A stretch of 64,000 nucleotides of DNA, from assembly GCA_051047955.1 (NCBI GenBank), contig JBPGPT010000020.1:248001-312000 (forward strand), given 5' to 3'. Shown piece after piece: positions 59,679 to 64,000 of this stretch; within the stretch, counting starts at the first letter, position 1, and each line of letters begins with the position of its first letter. Origin of the DNA: Cystobasidiomycetes sp. EMM_F5. Taxonomy: Eukaryota. The notes under the pieces are model-generated. The model searched no databases. It was not told the origin of the DNA and saw only the letters and a program-made list of their open reading frames with translations. The translations under genes and the position numbers were made by a program.

Positions 59679-60004
59679 AACGCAAGCAGGCTATGGCTGC
59701 AGCACTCCAAGGGCGCATGTCGAAATGCGCATAGCATGCCCCACTCAATCACCGTTTCGGAAACCTCGCCAAGGAGGGAAGCACTCATCGACAGTGACCA
59801 GGCGGTTGATCGCGTCCAGCTTTGGCGATGCCAATTGCGGGCAGTGCCTAGTTGAGCACCCTATCACGAGTGCTCGCCTCAGCAGCAATCGTAACATATG
59901 CCGTCCTGAAGTGAAATGGCTGCGACGACAGTTTTGGGCGGAACGGGCCAGCCAAAGAAGCCGACCGCTTCGGCGATGTACATATCAGAATTACCGTTGT
60001 GTAA

Positions 60005-63000
60005 TCAGCCCAGCATCTTTCCAATACCAGCCATTGCGCCTTTTCCAGCACCGAGTACAGCAGCTTTGCCACCCTGCATCATTGCCATCCGTCTAGCCTG
60101 ATTGACAAAGTCTGCGCTGGCAGTAGATGCCTTGTCGAGCTGCTCGTTGACGTACGAAAGTCGTTCTCCGCGCTCGTCAAGGGCGTCGACCAGTTCGTGC
60201 CGCTTCTTTGGCATCCCAAAGGCGTTGTATTCTACTTCGACATTCTCAATGTGTGGGTTGCGAGCGCGGTTAGCAGCGGCAGCTAGCGGCCCGCTGCCAC
60301 TTGCGGCTGGTGGAGCAGCTGGGGCAGGCCTGTTGCGTGATGGTCTCGCTGGAGGTGCCGATGTTCCTGCTACAACCGTTGCAGGAGCAGGCGCTATTGT
60401 AACAGGTTTGACTCTTGGAGGTGGCCGGCCAGGCCCGCCGACTGCGCAGATACATGCCTGTGTGAGCGCGAGCAGGCACTGTACAAGATTGGTAGACTTA
60501 CGCATGTCGTCAAGATTTGTAGGCGCGACGGCTTTGGCTGCATCGCTACCGAACCAAGATGAAATGTAAGACACTGCTGTACTTGCAGCCGCTGCTACGG
60601 CGGAGCTCGTAGGTGGAGGCGGTAACAGGATGCTCGAATCGTTGTACTTGCAAACGCTGCGATGTACCGCCTGGTCTGTAAAGATTGTGCTGATTTCGAA
60701 AAGAGATGGCGAAAGCATCTGCATAATCCGACCGTCTGTTGATATTGATGGCTTCGCTCTGACAATCACCCCCTTAGACGAGAGCAGCGTCAAATAAGGA
60801 ACGGATAACTGCTTACCTGTCATAATTGATGCGCAGTCTCGCTATCACTTCAGCTTTCGGCAGGCTGAGTATGTGGCAGTATCCATCTGTAAGCAGGACT
60901 GCTAGTACAGGCATGCCATACTTCTGGACAAGCTGTGCAGCCACCGCCTTGTGCGGCGTAAAGTCCTTTCTGAGGAGACGCTCGCCGTCAATGTTGGCTT
61001 TGATGTTCAGACTTGAGGTCGAGACCGCTACCAGAAGTGTGTTCAGACCACTTGCAGACTGATACGACATTGGAGCACGTTCATGTGCTTTGAGTGAGGC
61101 TTCCATTGTAGAGCCGTTCAGCGGCAGCGGGTTGCCGAAGGGATCCATCGCAAACATGATCAGCGGTGACTGTAAGCTGGTATGCTCGAAGGTCGAAAAG
61201 GCTGTATTGACTATCCAGGTTTCGAGCGTGTAAGAGAGAGTGAAGCAACGACTGAGACCAGAGTTGTATCCAGCTATGAGTCGGGGATGTCTTTCGCTGT
61301 CTGTAGTAAGTGAAACTGTCAGTATGTATGTCGAACACGGCCATGTCCATGCAAACGTACTATCACCTTCCGCACATACTGCCCACGTCAACGTGCTGAT
61401 GCCGCCATTCTCGGGCCGGTCACTGCCCTCACTGTACAGCAGCTCAGGCCCTCGCAAGTCAACGACGGCCAGTCTTTCGTTCCATGCAACTGCCAAAACC
61501 CCGGCTTCGGACATGGAGCATGCCGTTATCTGCTTATCCCGTATCTTGGGAGCAGTGAGTGCAAAGACCGGCTTGAAGCCATCTTTGCTCCAATCTGCTT
61601 GTCCTGAGATATCAAAGACGTCGACTTCGAATGTCGGCAGTGTCTGAGAAGCGGACGAAGCAGAACGATCCTTGCTCTTGACCGTAGACTTCTTTCTGCC
61701 GAAAAGGCCAGGCGACTTTGCCCGACCTCCAATACTGATCGAGGCAGTCAATGCAGCCATCTCGGATTCAAGTCTGCTCGTCTCGACCCGCGCCAGCGGG
61801 GTATTGTAGTGTTCGACTGTTTCCTGGCGTTGTTGCTCAATGACAGCGCTCGCTTTCGCATAGTCGAATCTATGGGTATTGCGTTAGAGTAGAGCAGCTC
61901 GATGACGGGGTCTGTGCGCACCTGTATAGGAATACGTGCCCAGTTGACAACGCAATTGCAATTTCCGAAGTCTCCCATGCGGGACTAATCTTCTCGATCC
62001 AGAGCTTGCCTTCGAGGTATACCATAAGCTGATCGTCGGATAAGGCATCTCGAACCGAGAAGGTATCGAGTAACTCGGGTGTAGTAGTAGTATAGTCCCA
62101 AATACGGACCGACATATCGACGTGCACCGTCAATACAGCGTGGTGCGTGAGTCCTGACCGTGTGTTGGGTATTGCGGAGCGCAGTACGGTCTTGCCCTCG
62201 CCGCCTGTAATGGGCAGCTGTTTCTTCTGTGCATCGCCTTTTAGACGCTTATGAATAAAGGTGGGAAGGGTGACGGCTTCGGCTAAAAGCACAGCCTGGT
62301 TTCCACAAAGGTGCATTTCTGCTGGAAGGGACAATTCTACGGGTCCGGTCAGGGTTGCTGGCGGGAAAGCATAAGCCACGAATCCGCGCTCGGTATGGGG
62401 TGAAATGCGCGGCAGCTCAGCATCCGCTGATGTAAGGACGACAACAGCGTTCGGATCACTACTCTGGCCGTAGTAGGGATTCGATGTCACGAATACGAAA
62501 TCCTCCGGAGAGGTATCGGTCGGCATGACGCTTTTATAAGATGATTGTACGGAAGCACGGTATGCAGCCTTCAGTCCAGCAGGGTTTGAGCCAGATAGGA
62601 GTCCCGGTGCTGAGAATGGTGGCAGGTGAAGCACATATAGGCCCTTTGGCTCGTCTGCACGGAGGCCACCCAGGACTGTGAGCAGAGAACCACTAGCGGC
62701 TGGATCAAGTGCGGCTTGCTGAGCTGTAGAGCCGGAGAAGCGATCGAGTAGAGTTGACGACGAGTCATTGAAGGAAGACCACGCAAGCTTGAAGACAGGC
62801 TCTCGCAGCTCGTCCATGCTGGAGCCAGGACCTTGGGCATTATCGCCGAACAGACTCGACGAAGTTGCCAGGTTGACATCCTCCATGGCTACAGTCCGTG
62901 CTAGAATTGGCTCTGGAGCAGAAAGATTACTTAGAAGAGCAATGAAGGAGCAAGCGCGAAATTGGCTTACTATCTCCATCCTCGATGCTCCAAAACACTA

Positions 63001-63971
63001 TAGACCCGTCGTCATGACCGCTTGCAAACATGCGGCCATCAGGTCTCCACGCTATACACATACAAGCAGGTCGTCTTTCGAGGAAAGCTCCTTCAGTCTG
63101 ATCGTTGTGTCCGCCGGGTGCTCCAGGCAGGACGAGGTACTCGTATGTTCGTATCGTAGTCTGCTCTGTCAGATTGTACAGCACGATACCGCCTTCGTAT
63201 GCGACAAGTAGCTGATTAGGGTCTAGAGGATGCGACTTGACGTCTGTACATGGAGGAATCCGCTTGCGGGAAGGTGCTCCATGTACGCCCGATCTCCGCA
63301 ATAGTTCGTCCTGCTCGACCCAGAGGTTCTTTATGCGATAAGGAGATAATCGCAGTCTGTCAATGTCAAACGTGTCCACTGTTCCGTCTTGACAGCCGAG
63401 AAAGAGGTGCGATAAGGCAGGCGTGTATTCGACCGAGCTGGACGAGGATTGCCATCAAATTGCAAGTCTAGTGATCCAGCTTCGCCTTTTACCGTTTCCA
63501 CTCACTTTACACTGGACCTCATCGAGTGAGCTACCAATCTTCTTGGCTCGCCGCGCTCGTCGAGGTCGCCGAGGTCATAAACGTATAGTGTATCTCGAGC
63601 ATCTGCCAACAGGACGGGTCAGGACAACAGCGTCCCAGGCAATCAGACCTTGCGGACTCACCGACAATCACGACGAAGCTCGTTCCAGCCTTGAGCGTCA
63701 GACTCTTGATTGCCTGAGACGGTCGCAGAGTCCAGCTGCACTTTGGCACACCGTGCTTGGCGTACACGACGACTCTGCCAGATTTCGTAGCGACAGCGAG
63801 CAGAGACTGCAGTGCATCAAACGCAATGGCGGCCAGTTCCCCATCGTAGCCCAGGCTGTCGAGCTGCGACAGCTGAAACGCTGACCCAGCCTGGTTGACC
63901 AAGTCCGCTCCGAAAGAGAGCTGCTCGAAAGCGCCAGCCAGACGCTGCTTTCCGCTGACATTCCTGAACAT
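60005..63971 (-). CDS. SRO7: Sro7/Lgl/tomosyn-like WD40 protein with C-terminal R-SNARE-like motif
   Basis: Motifs AIAFDALQSLLAVAT, RLSPYRIKNLW, HPLDPNQLLVAYEGG, WRPDGRMFASGHDDG, REPVFKLAWS and ALDERGERLS. Confidence 0.88.
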
Positions 63972-64000
63972 GGCTGACGTCGAAGGGCACGTTTAGCGTC

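Noticed and set aside
239..63971. Apparent enrichment of trafficking/cytoskeleton genes (APL5, MYO1, SEC26, BBC1, WDR7, IST1, SRO7)
   Set aside because: They belong to different pathways, are interspersed with unrelated genes, and represent a large functional class; there is no evidence of a cluster without synteny data.
1..64000. CRISPR arrays, rRNA/tRNA genes, transposase or retroelement ORFs
   Set aside because: None recognised by eye; the sequence is a eukaryotic gene-dense region. A tRNAscan/Rfam run would be needed to exclude small RNAs.

Overview
A gene-dense, intron-rich fungal chromosomal segment. It is most likely basidiomycete, inferred from short GT-AG introns with CTRAC/CTAAC-type branch sites and a Brh2/BRCA2 orthologue. 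About 26 genes were reconstructed by splicing the ORF fragments by eye. The conserved backbone comprises AP-3 delta, a KUP/HAK K+ transporter, annexin, MYG1, ferroportin, IPP1, MPC2, myosin-I, an MBL-fold protein, a Def1/UBAP2-like protein, dephospho-CoA kinase, beta-COP, a Bbc1-like protein, WDR7, BRH2, IST1, URM1 and Sro7/tomosyn. Three accessory-looking islands interrupt it. (i) 8.3-13.9 kb: two divergent secreted proteins with Kex2-type sites plus an atypical kinase. (ii) 17.4-20.4 kb: a frameshifted GNAT relic followed by three paralogous, intronless, Cys-free, Thr-rich small secreted proteins with TATA boxes. (iii) 55.7-58.2 kb: two tandem paralogues built from Cys/His zinc-finger-like repeats. 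Other notable points are a Brh2 with four BRC-like repeats, a 4-nt micro-exon, a GC-AG intron, and an in-frame upstream ATG giving IPP1 a mitochondrial-type presequence. No rRNA, tRNA, CRISPR array or recognisable transposon was seen. Coordinates are start-to-stop spans including introns. No database searches were run, so family calls rest on remembered motifs.
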